NCBI GenBank assembly: GCA_934096585.1
Contig: CAKOMG010000008.1
Location: 34,690 to 98,689, forward strand
Direction: 5' to 3'
DNA: 64,000 bases
Source: an uncultured Bacilli bacterium
Lineage (GTDB): Bacteria; Bacillota_I; Bacilli_A; ML615J-28; CAG-698
The translations under genes and the position numbers were made by a program. Under the pieces are notes generated by a model. The model was given only the letters and a program-made list of their open reading frames with translations, searched no databases and was not told the origin of the DNA. This document shows positions 19,737 through 29,186 of this stretch, piece by piece (within the stretch, counting starts at the first letter, position 1; the number at the start of each line of letters is the position of its first letter).

Positions 19737-20570
19737 TTATCCCCAAATAACTTTAGTTCCACCATTCCAATCTCTATTCCAAGTTTGTGGACGTCTAGAT
19801 AATTCACATGTTATTGTTAAATTACTGCACCCAATAAATGCATCGTTACCAATTGATTCAACATTTTTAGAAATTGTAAGTTTTGATAAAGATGTGCAAT
19901 TTGCAAATGCATAACTTCCAATTTTTGAAAGATTAGTAGGTAATGTAAAATCTTCTAATTTTTCACAATTATAAAATGCATATCTTGTAATTTCTTTTAC
20001 ATTTTCCATACCATGTACAACTTTTAAGTTTTTGGCTTTATAAAAGCATGAACCTTCTATAATTGTAATATTACTATTTAATGTTACTTCTTCTAAATAT
20101 TTATTGTTTTCAAAAGCAAAATAACCTAAACTTTGAACAGTACTTGGTAACTCATATTTTTTATTATTTAAACTAGACGGATAACAAACTAATTCTGTCA
20201 TATCAATATTATAAAGAACATTATCTTTACTAATATAACTTTTATTATTTTTATCAACAGTAATTTTCTTTAAGTTAACACAATTAGAAAATACATACCA
20301 TCCCATTACTTCAATATTTTTACCAATGTAAATTGATTCCATTTGGCTATTTTCTAATGCGGAAGTATCAAGTTCAGTAACTGGTAAACCATTATATTCA
20401 TCAGGAATTTTACGATTATAATAATCATCTTCAAATCCAACAATAGCATAGCTTTTGCCATCGTTAATTAAATTATAAATAAAGCCTTCTTCACTGTATT
20501 GTGTATTAGTTGTACAACCAACTAATAAAAACATTACAAACAATATTAATATTATTTCAATTTTTTTCAT
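19737..20570 (-). CDS. lipoprotein with BspA-type leucine-rich repeats
   Basis: Lipobox LLVGC. LRR_5-like units (IGSYAFANCTSLSKLTISKNVESIGNDAFIGCSNL). Confidence 0.8.
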   Translation of the reverse strand: MKKIEIILILFVMFLLVGCTTNTQYSEEGFIYNLINDGKSYAIVGFEDDYYNRKIPDEYNGLPVTELDTSALENSQMESIYIGKNIEVMGWYVFSNCVNLKKITVDKNNKSYISKDNVLYNIDMTELVCYPSSLNNKKYELPSTVQSLGYFAFENNKYLEEVTLNSNITIIEGSCFYKAKNLKVVHGMENVKEITRYAFYNCEKLEDFTLPTNLSKIGSYAFANCTSLSKLTISKNVESIGNDAFIGCSNLTITCELSRRPQTWNRDWNGGTKVIWG

Positions 20571-20574
20571 TTTT

Positions 20575-21849
20575 TTACTTGAATATTACACTTATTCCAT
20601 CCGGAATAACTGTCACTAATTTATCCTTTCCAACTATATTATATGCCTTTTCTAATGCTTCATCAATTGTATAAGCATGTTTTATATGCATATCTGTAAT
20701 GATTTTAGGATCACATTTATCAGTAACAATTATAACAGTAGCTTTGCATAAAATTCTTGCTAATATCTGTGCTTCCCATTGATCAAATTCTGTATTTTCT
20801 GGAGCTACATCATTTAATTTTTGATAAGCATCATGAGCATCTTTACTATCTGCAAGCAAATGATAAAAGAAATCTCCACCTGTTCCATCAGCGCATGAAG
20901 AACAAATAATGATAACTCCACCCTCATTTACACATGCTTCACCTGCAGTCATACCTTTAACAGTTTGATAAATGTTTTGGTCAAGTGGATAGCCACCATT
21001 TGTTGTGATGACAATATCAGAATGAATTGGTTCCACTTGTGCAATTTCTTTAACTAAATTACATCCATGTGCATGGGCATCTTCTAGATCTCCCGCGAAT
21101 GCTTTTATTATTTTTTTCTCTCCATTTATTACTACATTTAAAATAAATTGTAAATTAACTTGTTTAGCCGCAAAAAGCATATCTCTATGAATTGGATTAT
21201 CCTTTAAGTTACCAGCTCTAGAATATTTTGATGCAATAAATCTAGCATTGTGATTCCATAATACCGTTTTTTTAGAAGCAATACCTGGTAATACTGATTT
21301 TCTTCCTCCGGAAAATCCCGCAAAGAAATGAGGTTCAATAAAGCCTTCACTCATTAGAAAATCACATTCATCCACAAGCTTATTTACCCATAATTCTCCA
21401 CCTGATGGTAAAATACCTTTAAAAGTCATTTCTTTATCATCATAGGCATTATGGATAACAATTTCTTCTTCAGTAACTATTTTTTCACCATACTTATTAA
21501 CTAACTCTTCATGAGTTGTTGGTCTATGCATACCTGTTGCAATAAGTATTGTAATTTTGATATCTTTATTATATTTTCTTATTTCTTCTAATATTATAGG
21601 CATTGTAATATGACTTGGAACAGGTCTAGTATGATCACTCGATATAACTACAACATGTTTCTTATCTTTACAAAGAACAGATAAAGATAGAGAATTAATT
21701 GGATTTTCTAAAGCATCTCTTACTAATTCTTGTTCTGTTTTATCAACCTTATAGCTTTCAGTTTTAGAAACAAGTACACCCGCAATTTTTTCTTCTTCTA
21801 TGTTTAAATCGATATGTCCTTTATAAAAAGGTAATTTAATATTTTTCAT
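20575..21849 (-). CDS. LarA-family nickel-pincer-dependent 2-hydroxyacid racemase/epimerase homolog
   Basis: 424 aa. SDHTRP motif, FSGGRKSVLPG (Lys in the position of the NPN-tethering lysine) and a following WNHNARF His. The overall layout matches DUF2088/LarA. Confidence 0.8.
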   Translation of the reverse strand: MKNIKLPFYKGHIDLNIEEEKIAGVLVSKTESYKVDKTEQELVRDALENPINSLSLSVLCKDKKHVVVISSDHTRPVPSHITMPIILEEIRKYNKDIKITILIATGMHRPTTHEELVNKYGEKIVTEEEIVIHNAYDDKEMTFKGILPSGGELWVNKLVDECDFLMSEGFIEPHFFAGFSGGRKSVLPGIASKKTVLWNHNARFIASKYSRAGNLKDNPIHRDMLFAAKQVNLQFILNVVINGEKKIIKAFAGDLEDAHAHGCNLVKEIAQVEPIHSDIVITTNGGYPLDQNIYQTVKGMTAGEACVNEGGVIIICSSCADGTGGDFFYHLLADSKDAHDAYQKLNDVAPENTEFDQWEAQILARILCKATVIIVTDKCDPKIITDMHIKHAYTIDEALEKAYNIVGKDKLVTVIPDGISVIFK

Positions 21850-21870
21850 TTTTTACATCCTTTTTAAAAT

Positions 21871-21904
21871 ATAAGAGTGTGCAGAAATTGCACACTCTTT
21901 TTTA
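21871..21904. terminator. strong hairpin between the malic enzyme and larA-like genes
   Basis: 11-bp stem AAGAGTGTGCA/TGCACACTCTT. The T run follows on the + strand only, so it is either an intra-operon structure or a terminator of antisense transcription. Confidence 0.5.
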
Positions 21905-23086
21905 TTAGATTCTAGCAATTCCTTGTTCACGAGCAACTCTTCCAACTTCTTTTGCAACTACTGAACATACACGTTTATCAAATGGAGATGGAATAATATA
22001 ATCTTCATTTAATTCTTCAGGTGTTACAAGTGAAGCAATTGCACGGCTTGCTGCCATCTTCATTTCTTCAGTTATATTCTTAGCTCTTACGTCTAATGCA
22101 CCTCTAAAGATACCAGGGAATACTAATACATTATTAATTTGGTTAGGGAAATCACTTCTACCAGTAGCAACAACTCTTGCACCACCTTGTTTGGCAAGAT
22201 CAGGCATAATTTCTGGAGTTGGATTTGCCATAGCAAAGATGATAGGATCTTTAGCCATTGTTTGAACCATTTCAGGAGTAACAAGATTTGGAGCAGAAAC
22301 ACCAACAAATACATCTTTATCTTTGATAATTTCTTTTAGTGGTCCTCTTTGCTTATTTTTATTTGTTACTTCAGCCATAGCTTTTTGAGCAGGATTCATC
22401 CATTCTTCACCTGGTGCTAATGCTCCTTGTTTATCAACAAGTACTACATCGCCAACACCAAATTGTAACATTAATTTACAAATTGAAATACCAGCAGAAC
22501 CAGCACCATTGATAACAACACGTGCATCTTCCATTTTCTTTCCAACTACTTTTAAAGCATTGATTAAACCAGCACATACAACGATTGCTGTACCATGTTG
22601 ATCATCATGAAATACTGGAATATCTAGTTCTTCTTTTAATCTTCTTTCAACTTCAAAACATCTTGGAGCAGAAATATCTTCTAGATTGATACCACCAAAT
22701 GATGGTGCAATTCTTTTTACAGTTTCTACGATTTCATCTACATCTTTAGTATCTAAACAAATAGGAAATGCATCAACATTTGCAAACTCTTTGAATAAAA
22801 TTGATTTACCTTCCATAACTGGCATAGCAGCAAGTGGTCCAATATCTCCTAGTCCTAATACAGCAGTTCCATCACTTACTACAGCAACTAAATTTCCTTT
22901 AGCAGTGTATTTATAAACATCATCTGGATTTGCATGAATTTTTCTACAAGGTTCAGCAACACCTGGAGTGTATGCTAAAGACAACTCTTCTTTATTTGTA
23001 ACTGGTACTTTTGATATAACTTCTACTTTACCATGATTCTTTTCATGAAGTTCTAGACTTCTTTCATATACTGTTTTTTCAGCCAT
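21905..23086 (-). CDS. NAD(P)-dependent malic enzyme (short form)
   Basis: YTPGVAEPC, dinucleotide fold INGAGSAGI, FANVDAFPICL. Length 393 aa. Confidence 0.92.
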   Translation of the reverse strand: MAEKTVYERSLELHEKNHGKVEVISKVPVTNKEELSLAYTPGVAEPCRKIHANPDDVYKYTAKGNLVAVVSDGTAVLGLGDIGPLAAMPVMEGKSILFKEFANVDAFPICLDTKDVDEIVETVKRIAPSFGGINLEDISAPRCFEVERRLKEELDIPVFHDDQHGTAIVVCAGLINALKVVGKKMEDARVVINGAGSAGISICKLMLQFGVGDVVLVDKQGALAPGEEWMNPAQKAMAEVTNKNKQRGPLKEIIKDKDVFVGVSAPNLVTPEMVQTMAKDPIIFAMANPTPEIMPDLAKQGGARVVATGRSDFPNQINNVLVFPGIFRGALDVRAKNITEEMKMAASRAIASLVTPEELNEDYIIPSPFDKRVCSVVAKEVGRVAREQGIARI

Positions 23087-23101
23087 TTTGATTACCTCTT
23101 C

Positions 23102-24226
23102 CTAATATGCACTCTTAAATTTATTGTTTCCTTCTACATCGAAGTCACCAAAATATTTTTTATAATCCATACCTAAATATTTAGCCATGTCAATCATTTC
23201 TCTTACAGTGTTTTCATTTACAGGAATGCCTTCTTTTTTAACTCTTTCGATTGAAAGCATTTCTTTTTCACCATGTGTATAAATTCTTTCAGCTCCATTA
23301 GCTTTTGGACTTTCACGTAATTCTTCTAAATATTCACTGAAATGTTTTTTGATTGCTTCAGCGTCCCCGAAGAATGCTGGATTGATTGCCATAAATCCAT
23401 GGCAAATTCCTGAGAATCCATTTTGCATTGTATGTGCAGATGTTACACCTTGTGATAAAATTGAAGAGAATAATTCGCAAAGCATACCATATCCATATCC
23501 TTTATGTCCACCTAATAATTCAGTGTCTCCTCCTAGTGGAACAATACCACCACCTTCATGAGCTTTAATGTTTCCTAATACTTCTGTTGCATTATTAGAT
23601 GAAACACCATCTTTATTTACTGCCCATCCAGTTGGAATTGGTTCACCTTTCTTATTATATATTTCAAGTTTTCCACGAGTTACAACAGTAGTTGATGCAT
23701 CAAAAAAGAATGGGTAAGGTTCAGCTGGTGCACAACATGCAATTGGGTTAGAACCTAACATTGCTTTTTTACCAAATGTTGGGACCATAATAGCTTCTGA
23801 GTTTGTGCAAGAGAATCCAATTAATCCTTGATCCATTGCCATTCTTGCATAGTATCCAGCAATACCATAGTGATTTGAGTTTTTAACTGTTACAATACCA
23901 ACTCCACTTTTCTTAGCTTTTTCAATTGCCATTTCCATAGCTTTGTGTCCTAATAATTGACCCATACCTGAATGACCATCAATTACAGCACTAATTGGTG
24001 TTTCAAATACTACTTCTGGTTTTGCATCAATTTTGATTAAACCACTTTCAATTCCTTTATGATATCTAACTAAACGTTGCATACCATGTGATTCAATTCC
24101 AAAGTCATCAGACATTAAAAGAACGTCTGTAATGATTCTACTTTCATCATTTGTAAATCCAAACTTTTGGAATGCCTCCATACAAAACTTGTCTAATAAA
24201 TCATGTGAATAATTAATATAAGCCAT
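23102..24226 (-). CDS. Ldh_2-family (malate/L-lactate/sulfolactate-type) 2-hydroxyacid dehydrogenase
   Basis: ESHGMQRL, VKNSNHYGIAGYY and GGHKGYGYGM, all characteristic of the Ldh_2 fold family. Confidence 0.85.
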   Translation of the reverse strand: MAYINYSHDLLDKFCMEAFQKFGFTNDESRIITDVLLMSDDFGIESHGMQRLVRYHKGIESGLIKIDAKPEVVFETPISAVIDGHSGMGQLLGHKAMEMAIEKAKKSGVGIVTVKNSNHYGIAGYYARMAMDQGLIGFSCTNSEAIMVPTFGKKAMLGSNPIACCAPAEPYPFFFDASTTVVTRGKLEIYNKKGEPIPTGWAVNKDGVSSNNATEVLGNIKAHEGGGIVPLGGDTELLGGHKGYGYGMLCELFSSILSQGVTSAHTMQNGFSGICHGFMAINPAFFGDAEAIKKHFSEYLEELRESPKANGAERIYTHGEKEMLSIERVKKEGIPVNENTVREMIDMAKYLGMDYKKYFGDFDVEGNNKFKSAY

Positions 24227-24453
24227 AAATCTAATTTCCTTTCTATATATTAATTTATAATTCTATTATATCATTTATTTAATACATTAGCAAACATATT
24301 TTTAATTTTATTTAATGTTAGTTTATAGTTAGATTATTTTATTGTAATCGAGTTCTATAAGTATTCTTATTTTATAATTATATATAAAATTATATATCAT
24401 ATATAAAATTATATATCATATATAATAAGAAATATTATTTAAAATTTATAATT

Positions 24454-24687
24454 GATCACACCCTTAACAAATCAGAACAAGACATTGAAGAAAATGAAAT
24501 ACTACTAGATTCAATCATGTTTAGAATAATTCAAATATCAGAAAATAATAATCATCTATCATTAGATTTCAAATCTAAACACCCCACTATACCTTGGGCT
24601 TCTATTAAAGGCATGCGCAATAAAAGCGTTCATGAATATGGTGTTATAAACATTACTATTATTTATGACACAATTACTAAGTATTAA
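24454..24687 (+). pseudogene. N-terminally truncated HepT/DUF86 (HEPN) toxin remnant
   Basis: Hand translation DHTLNKSEQDIEENEILLDSIMFRIIQISENNNHLSLDFKSKHPTIPWASIKGMRNKSVHEYGVINITIIYDTITKY* contains the Rx4HxY HEPN motif (RNKSVHEY). No proper start and no MNT partner. Confidence 0.65.
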
Positions 24688-24727
24688 ATAACATTTAAAA
24701 AAACATCAAGAATTCAACTTGATGTTT

Positions 24728-25915
24728 TTATTTTACCAGCCATTCTCCAATATCAATTATTCTAATTCCTTCATATAAATACTCAGGATGTTTTGTTCTA
24801 GCAATTAATATTTTAGGATATGCATCTTTTATCTTTAATAAAGAACTAACCTCTCTATTAAATGTACTTTCATTTTCAATATTATCTGATACTTGAATAT
24901 ATATCTTTTCATCTCGCTTCATACATACAAAATCTATTTCTGATTTATAAAGCACACCCACATAAACTTCATATCCTCTTCTAAGAAGCTCAATAGCAAC
25001 AATGTTTTCATACATTCTTCCATAGTTCATATCTTTAATTCCTAGAACTGATGTTTTTAAACTAACATCACATAAATAATACTTTTCTGATGATGATAAG
25101 TACTTTTTCCCCTTTATATCGTACCTATTAACTTTATAAAATAAAAATGCCTGACATAAACCACCTATATATGAGCCTATTGTTTTATCATTAACTTTCA
25201 TATCATTTTTATTAATAATATCACTAATATTTTTAATTGATGTTAGATTTGAAATATTGTCCATTAAGAATGATGTTACTTTAGTTAGAACATTTTTATT
25301 TCTTATTTTTTTTCTTTCTATTAAATCTCTTTCAATTATTGTTTGATAAACAGAATTGATATAATCTTTACGGGCTTTTTCTGTTTGATATAAATATGAT
25401 CCACTAAATCCTCCCATTTCAATAAATTGATTAAAATTAGAAATAGCATCATTTAATTCAAAATACTCTAAATATTCTTTATAAGAGAATGGAAATACCT
25501 TCAATTCTATTGTTCTACCTGTAAATAGCGTAGCCAAATTACTTGATAATAAAAAAGCATTTGATCCTGTAATATAAATATCATATTTATTTTGTGAGTG
25601 TAAACTATTTATCGTTTTTTCAAAGTTTTTACACATTTGTACTTCATCAATGATTAAATAATTATTTTTACTTTCATCATAATTAGAAATAACATAATTA
25701 TTTAATTCATGATATTCATGTAGTTTTTCAAATTCTAAATTATTAAAATCTATATAAATGATATTTGCTTTTTCATCACTGTTCATTATATATTCTTTAA
25801 ATGAAGTAATTAACATAGACTTACCCGATCGTCTTATTCCTGTTATTACTTTAATATCTTGAGTTCCTTTATAATCTATTAATTCTTGTAAATAATCTCT
25901 TTTAATAATTTTCAT
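24728..25915 (-). CDS. AAA_14/DUF4143-type ATPase
   Basis: Walker A ITGIRRSGKS, Walker B YLIIDEVQ and a C-terminal restriction-endonuclease-like region. This is the typical ~395-aa architecture. Confidence 0.8.
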   Translation of the reverse strand: MKIIKRDYLQELIDYKGTQDIKVITGIRRSGKSMLITSFKEYIMNSDEKANIIYIDFNNLEFEKLHEYHELNNYVISNYDESKNNYLIIDEVQMCKNFEKTINSLHSQNKYDIYITGSNAFLLSSNLATLFTGRTIELKVFPFSYKEYLEYFELNDAISNFNQFIEMGGFSGSYLYQTEKARKDYINSVYQTIIERDLIERKKIRNKNVLTKVTSFLMDNISNLTSIKNISDIINKNDMKVNDKTIGSYIGGLCQAFLFYKVNRYDIKGKKYLSSSEKYYLCDVSLKTSVLGIKDMNYGRMYENIVAIELLRRGYEVYVGVLYKSEIDFVCMKRDEKIYIQVSDNIENESTFNREVSSLLKIKDAYPKILIARTKHPEYLYEGIRIIDIGEWLVK

Positions 25916-25968
25916 AATTCATCCTTTGCTTTAATTATATCATAATTAATTTTCAAAATCAAGATTTC

Positions 25969-26115
25969 TATTTCGAAATTTTGATTTTTTTTCATTTTCT
26001 CGAAATAGAATTATCAGATTATTTCGAAATTTTGATTTTTTTTCATTTTCTCGAAATATAATTATTATTTTATTTCGAATTTTTAAATTTTGATTATTTG
26101 CATTTTTTATTTTTT
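25969..26115. repeat. 51-bp tandem repeat, 2 good copies plus 1 degenerate, each carrying the palindrome ATTTCGAAAT
   Basis: TATTTCGAAATTTTGATTTTTTTTCATTTTCTCGAAATA occurs at 25969-26007 and 26020-26058. A degenerate copy starts at 26071. Confidence 0.85.
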
Positions 26116-26193
26116 TACAGTCTTTTTCATAATCCATTAAACCATGAATTGTAAAGGCAAATGACATTGCATCCATTTCTAAGTTTTTAAAAT

Positions 26194-26622
26194 TTAATAC
26201 TTTTTTTGTTCTAGCTCCTTAAAAATATATTTTGTCATATTGATCATTTTTTCTGTTTCAACAATCATTATTTTTGCAGCTTCACTTGAAGTTGTGCGTT
26301 CAGAGTAAATAATGGAATAGAACATTAACATACTTTCTTCGCTTGTAAGTGCAATATAATTATTAACTAATGTTGTTAAGATAAGAAACGGATCATTACC
26401 TTCTAGTTTTGGCATTTCCGTATGAGTCTTTTGTTTCGCTTGGCTCCTTAAATAATTATACATTTCATTATTTAATTGTTCTTTTGAACTAAAATGATTA
26501 TAAAGTGATGGTTTTTTTATTCCTACTTCTTTCGCAATCATACTCATTGATACAGCTTTTAATCCATATACTGATGCTAAACGAAGTGTTGCATTAATTA
26601 TTTCTTCTTTTCTATTATTCAT
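26194..26622 (-). CDS. TetR/AcrR family transcriptional regulator
   Basis: N-terminal HTH MSMIAKEVGIKKPSLYNHFSSKEQL. Start at 26622 (MNNRKEE) after GGAGAAAAA. Confidence 0.88.
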   Translation of the reverse strand: MNNRKEEIINATLRLASVYGLKAVSMSMIAKEVGIKKPSLYNHFSSKEQLNNEMYNYLRSQAKQKTHTEMPKLEGNDPFLILTTLVNNYIALTSEESMLMFYSIIYSERTTSSEAAKIMIVETEKMINMTKYIFKELEQKKY

Positions 26623-26678
26623 TTTTTCTCCTATTCTACCATTTGGTAGTATTTTTATCATTTTTATTAAAATATTGC

Positions 26679-26707
26679 AAAAAAAATACGGATAAAATAT
26701 CCGTATT
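26679..26707 (-). terminator. rho-independent terminator after the acidic lipoprotein gene
   Basis: Minus strand has AATACGGAT-loop-ATCCGTATT followed by T8. Confidence 0.75.
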
Positions 26708-27608
26708 ATTTCGCATATTGATAATTGTATTCGTATTCATTAGTTTCTGTATTTAAAACAGCACGAACAATTATATTTTTAACTTCTTTTCCTTCTTTAA
26801 CTTGAATCTTAATAAACTTGTTTTGTCCTTCTTTATGTTCTTTAAATCTATAACTTCTTTTAAAACCATTTTTAGATTCTTTAACTTCAATTGATAATTT
26901 ACCATCTTCTTCTTCAAGTTCAAAAGATACTGTTTCTACTTTCTTGCCATTTGCAACTATTTCATATTTAAATTCATGCTCATATTCATTTTGTTCTTGT
27001 TCAAATTCTTCTTTTACAACAATATAATTATCCTTATCTTGAATAATTTTAAAATATGATTCATTTTCTACTTCATCTTTATCTTGTTCTTTTTCAATTT
27101 TTCCTTCTAATTGATAAACAACATCATTTGAAATACAAATACCTGTTACACTGTACTCTTCTTCAACTTCATCACTTTCATCTTTGTCTTCATCTTTGTC
27201 TTCATCTTCTTCTTTAATTAATTCTTGATTATAATATAAATCATAAGATGCTTCGTTTCCTTGCAAGTCTTTTGTTGTGATACGAATATAATTTGCATAT
27301 TCTGGTTTATCAGATTCTTTTACTTCCGTTTTCATGCCACCATCTGTAGCTATAAATTCTTCCATTAAGTTTAAATATTTTTGAACTTCTTCTTGTTCCG
27401 TAACTTCAACTGCGTCTTCTGATTGACTCATTTTTTGTACTCTACTAAATTGTTCTTTTGCTTCAAGTAGTTTAATTGATGATAAAGTTTGATAAGAAAT
27501 ATTGCCTTCCACTTTATCCAAAGCACTACTGCTTTCTTGTTTAACACATCCTGTACCAATCACTAATAGTGATACTAACATTACAACAACTAACAAAAAC
27601 TTTTTCAT
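26706..27608 (-). CDS. acidic lipoprotein, paralogous to the ectodomain of the adjacent anti-sigma-like protein
   Basis: Lipobox IGTGC. Has a D/E-rich segment. Shares YDLYYNQ../..YQLEGKIE.. patterns with the 27680 ORF (YTLYFNK../..YQIIGKTE..). Confidence 0.7.
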   Translation of the reverse strand: MKKFLLVVVMLVSLLVIGTGCVKQESSSALDKVEGNISYQTLSSIKLLEAKEQFSRVQKMSQSEDAVEVTEQEEVQKYLNLMEEFIATDGGMKTEVKESDKPEYANYIRITTKDLQGNEASYDLYYNQELIKEEDEDKDEDKDESDEVEEEYSVTGICISNDVVYQLEGKIEKEQDKDEVENESYFKIIQDKDNYIVVKEEFEQEQNEYEHEFKYEIVANGKKVETVSFELEEEDGKLSIEVKESKNGFKRSYRFKEHKEGQNKFIKIQVKEGKEVKNIIVRAVLNTETNEYEYNYQYAK

Positions 27609-27679
27609 AATTTTTCCTCCTAGTATTTGTTTATTTACAACTAATAAACAAACAAGATGTTAATTTTATTGGTAAAATT

Positions 27680-28672
27680 TTAAAAAATTTTAAATTTTTT
27701 TTCTATTTGTTCATTAATAAAATAATAAATGATATATTGATCCTGTTCACTAACTTTTATATTACCTTTATAATTATCTAAATCTACTTTTAAAGTAATT
27801 TTATCCTTTTTTTGTTTGGCTTTAATTTTACCATTTGTATCTTTGTTTTCTATTTCTATGACTACTTCTATTTCTGTTCCGTCTATTTCGTATGATAATT
27901 GATATTTAGAAACTAATTTATTATTTACAAATTCCATATAAACATATTCATATTCATCTTCTTCTTTTTCTTGTTGAATGACAAAATACTTATCATTAGT
28001 CAAAATAACTTTAATTTCAGTTTCTATTTCATCACTTTCTATTTCTGTTTTGCCAATAATTTGATATTGAATATTATTTATAATCATAATACCTTCTAAA
28101 TCATATACTTCTTCTTCATCATCATGCTCTTTTAGCGTTTTATTGAAATATAATGTATATTGAAGAGATATATTACTATTAAGTATTGGCTTAATTTCCA
28201 TTTGATATGCATACCCTGGTTTAGATGAAGGAGCAATTGTATAATCAACTTTACTTTTTGTTAACATTTGTCTTATTGTTAAAAAGTGATAATGAATATC
28301 TTTACTCACTTCATTCACATTTTGCGTGCTCAATTTCCTTAATGATAAATTAGATATATTATTTATACCACTTGTATATATATGATTTGCGGCTGCCATT
28401 AATTCAAAAGCATAGGATTCATCAACAGTAGAAGCAATAATTGGTTTATCAGGATTATTTATAGAAGGGCTTGATACTGAAACTACCCCAACAATTATTA
28501 AAATTAAAAATGTTAAAGCGCTAAGTCCAAGTTTAAAGAACCCTTTAAAGCTTTTCTTTTCTTGATGTACATATTTATATTTAATTTGTTGTTTTCTATC
28601 AATAACTTCGATGTTATTAACTTCTTCTTTTAAATTAGTGATAAACTCTTCATATTTACTCATTTTATTCAC
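27680..28672 (-). CDS. putative anti-sigma factor (single-pass membrane protein)
   Basis: Overlaps the sigma gene stop by 8 nt. Has a short cytoplasmic N-terminus, one TM (LSALTFLILIIVGVVSV) and a large ectodomain. Confidence 0.55.
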   Translation of the reverse strand: MNKMSKYEEFITNLKEEVNNIEVIDRKQQIKYKYVHQEKKSFKGFFKLGLSALTFLILIIVGVVSVSSPSINNPDKPIIASTVDESYAFELMAAANHIYTSGINNISNLSLRKLSTQNVNEVSKDIHYHFLTIRQMLTKSKVDYTIAPSSKPGYAYQMEIKPILNSNISLQYTLYFNKTLKEHDDEEEVYDLEGIMIINNIQYQIIGKTEIESDEIETEIKVILTNDKYFVIQQEKEEDEYEYVYMEFVNNKLVSKYQLSYEIDGTEIEVVIEIENKDTNGKIKAKQKKDKITLKVDLDNYKGNIKVSEQDQYIIYYFINEQIEKKFKIF

Positions 28673-29186
28673 CTACCTTTTCTTTCATCTTTTTTACTGC
28701 TTTGTTATAAAGCCATGTAATTGTTCCTAAAGGTTTTTTCATTATTTTCGCTATTTCTTTATGTTTTAAATCATCAATAACATGCATAATAAATACATCT
28801 AATTCCTTACCCTCTAGAGTTTGATAAACTAAATCTAATAGTTTATTATCTTCTGTTTCATTAACATAAGTATCTTCGTATAAAGAAAAATCATGAAATT
28901 CTTCTTTTTTATGTTTGTTATAATAATTAATTGCTAAGTTTCTTGCAATTGTTACAATAAAGGCAACAACATTAGTATTTTCTTTATATTTATGAATATT
29001 ATTTAAAAATCTTAAATACGTATCTTGCATTATATCTTCTGTAGTCATTTTGTTTTTTACAACTGAAAGAATGGTTACATATACTTGATTTTTTGTTAGA
29101 TCATAAAATTCATCAAACATATCTAAATTGTCATTTTTTAATTGTTTAACAATTTCTTGCATTAATAAGCTATCATTTCTATTCAT
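28665..29186 (-). CDS. ECF-type RNA polymerase sigma-70 family factor
   Basis: Region 2 is EDIMQDTYLRFLNNIHKY..FIVTIARNLAINYY. Region 4 HTH is LKHKEIAKIMKKPLGTITWLYNKAVKKM. Start at 29186 after GGAG. Confidence 0.85.
   Translation of the reverse strand: MNRNDSLLMQEIVKQLKNDNLDMFDEFYDLTKNQVYVTILSVVKNKMTTEDIMQDTYLRFLNNIHKYKENTNVVAFIVTIARNLAINYYNKHKKEEFHDFSLYEDTYVNETEDNKLLDLVYQTLEGKELDVFIMHVIDDLKHKEIAKIMKKPLGTITWLYNKAVKKMKEKVGE

Noticed and set aside
25946-26176. A 76-aa ORF, and the possibility that the 51-bp repeats are a mini CRISPR array.
   Set aside because: The ORF is the translation of the tandem repeat itself (duplicated ..FRENEKKSKFRN..). As a CRISPR it fails: there are only 2-3 units, the 12-bp inter-repeat segments are too short to be spacers, and there are no cas genes.
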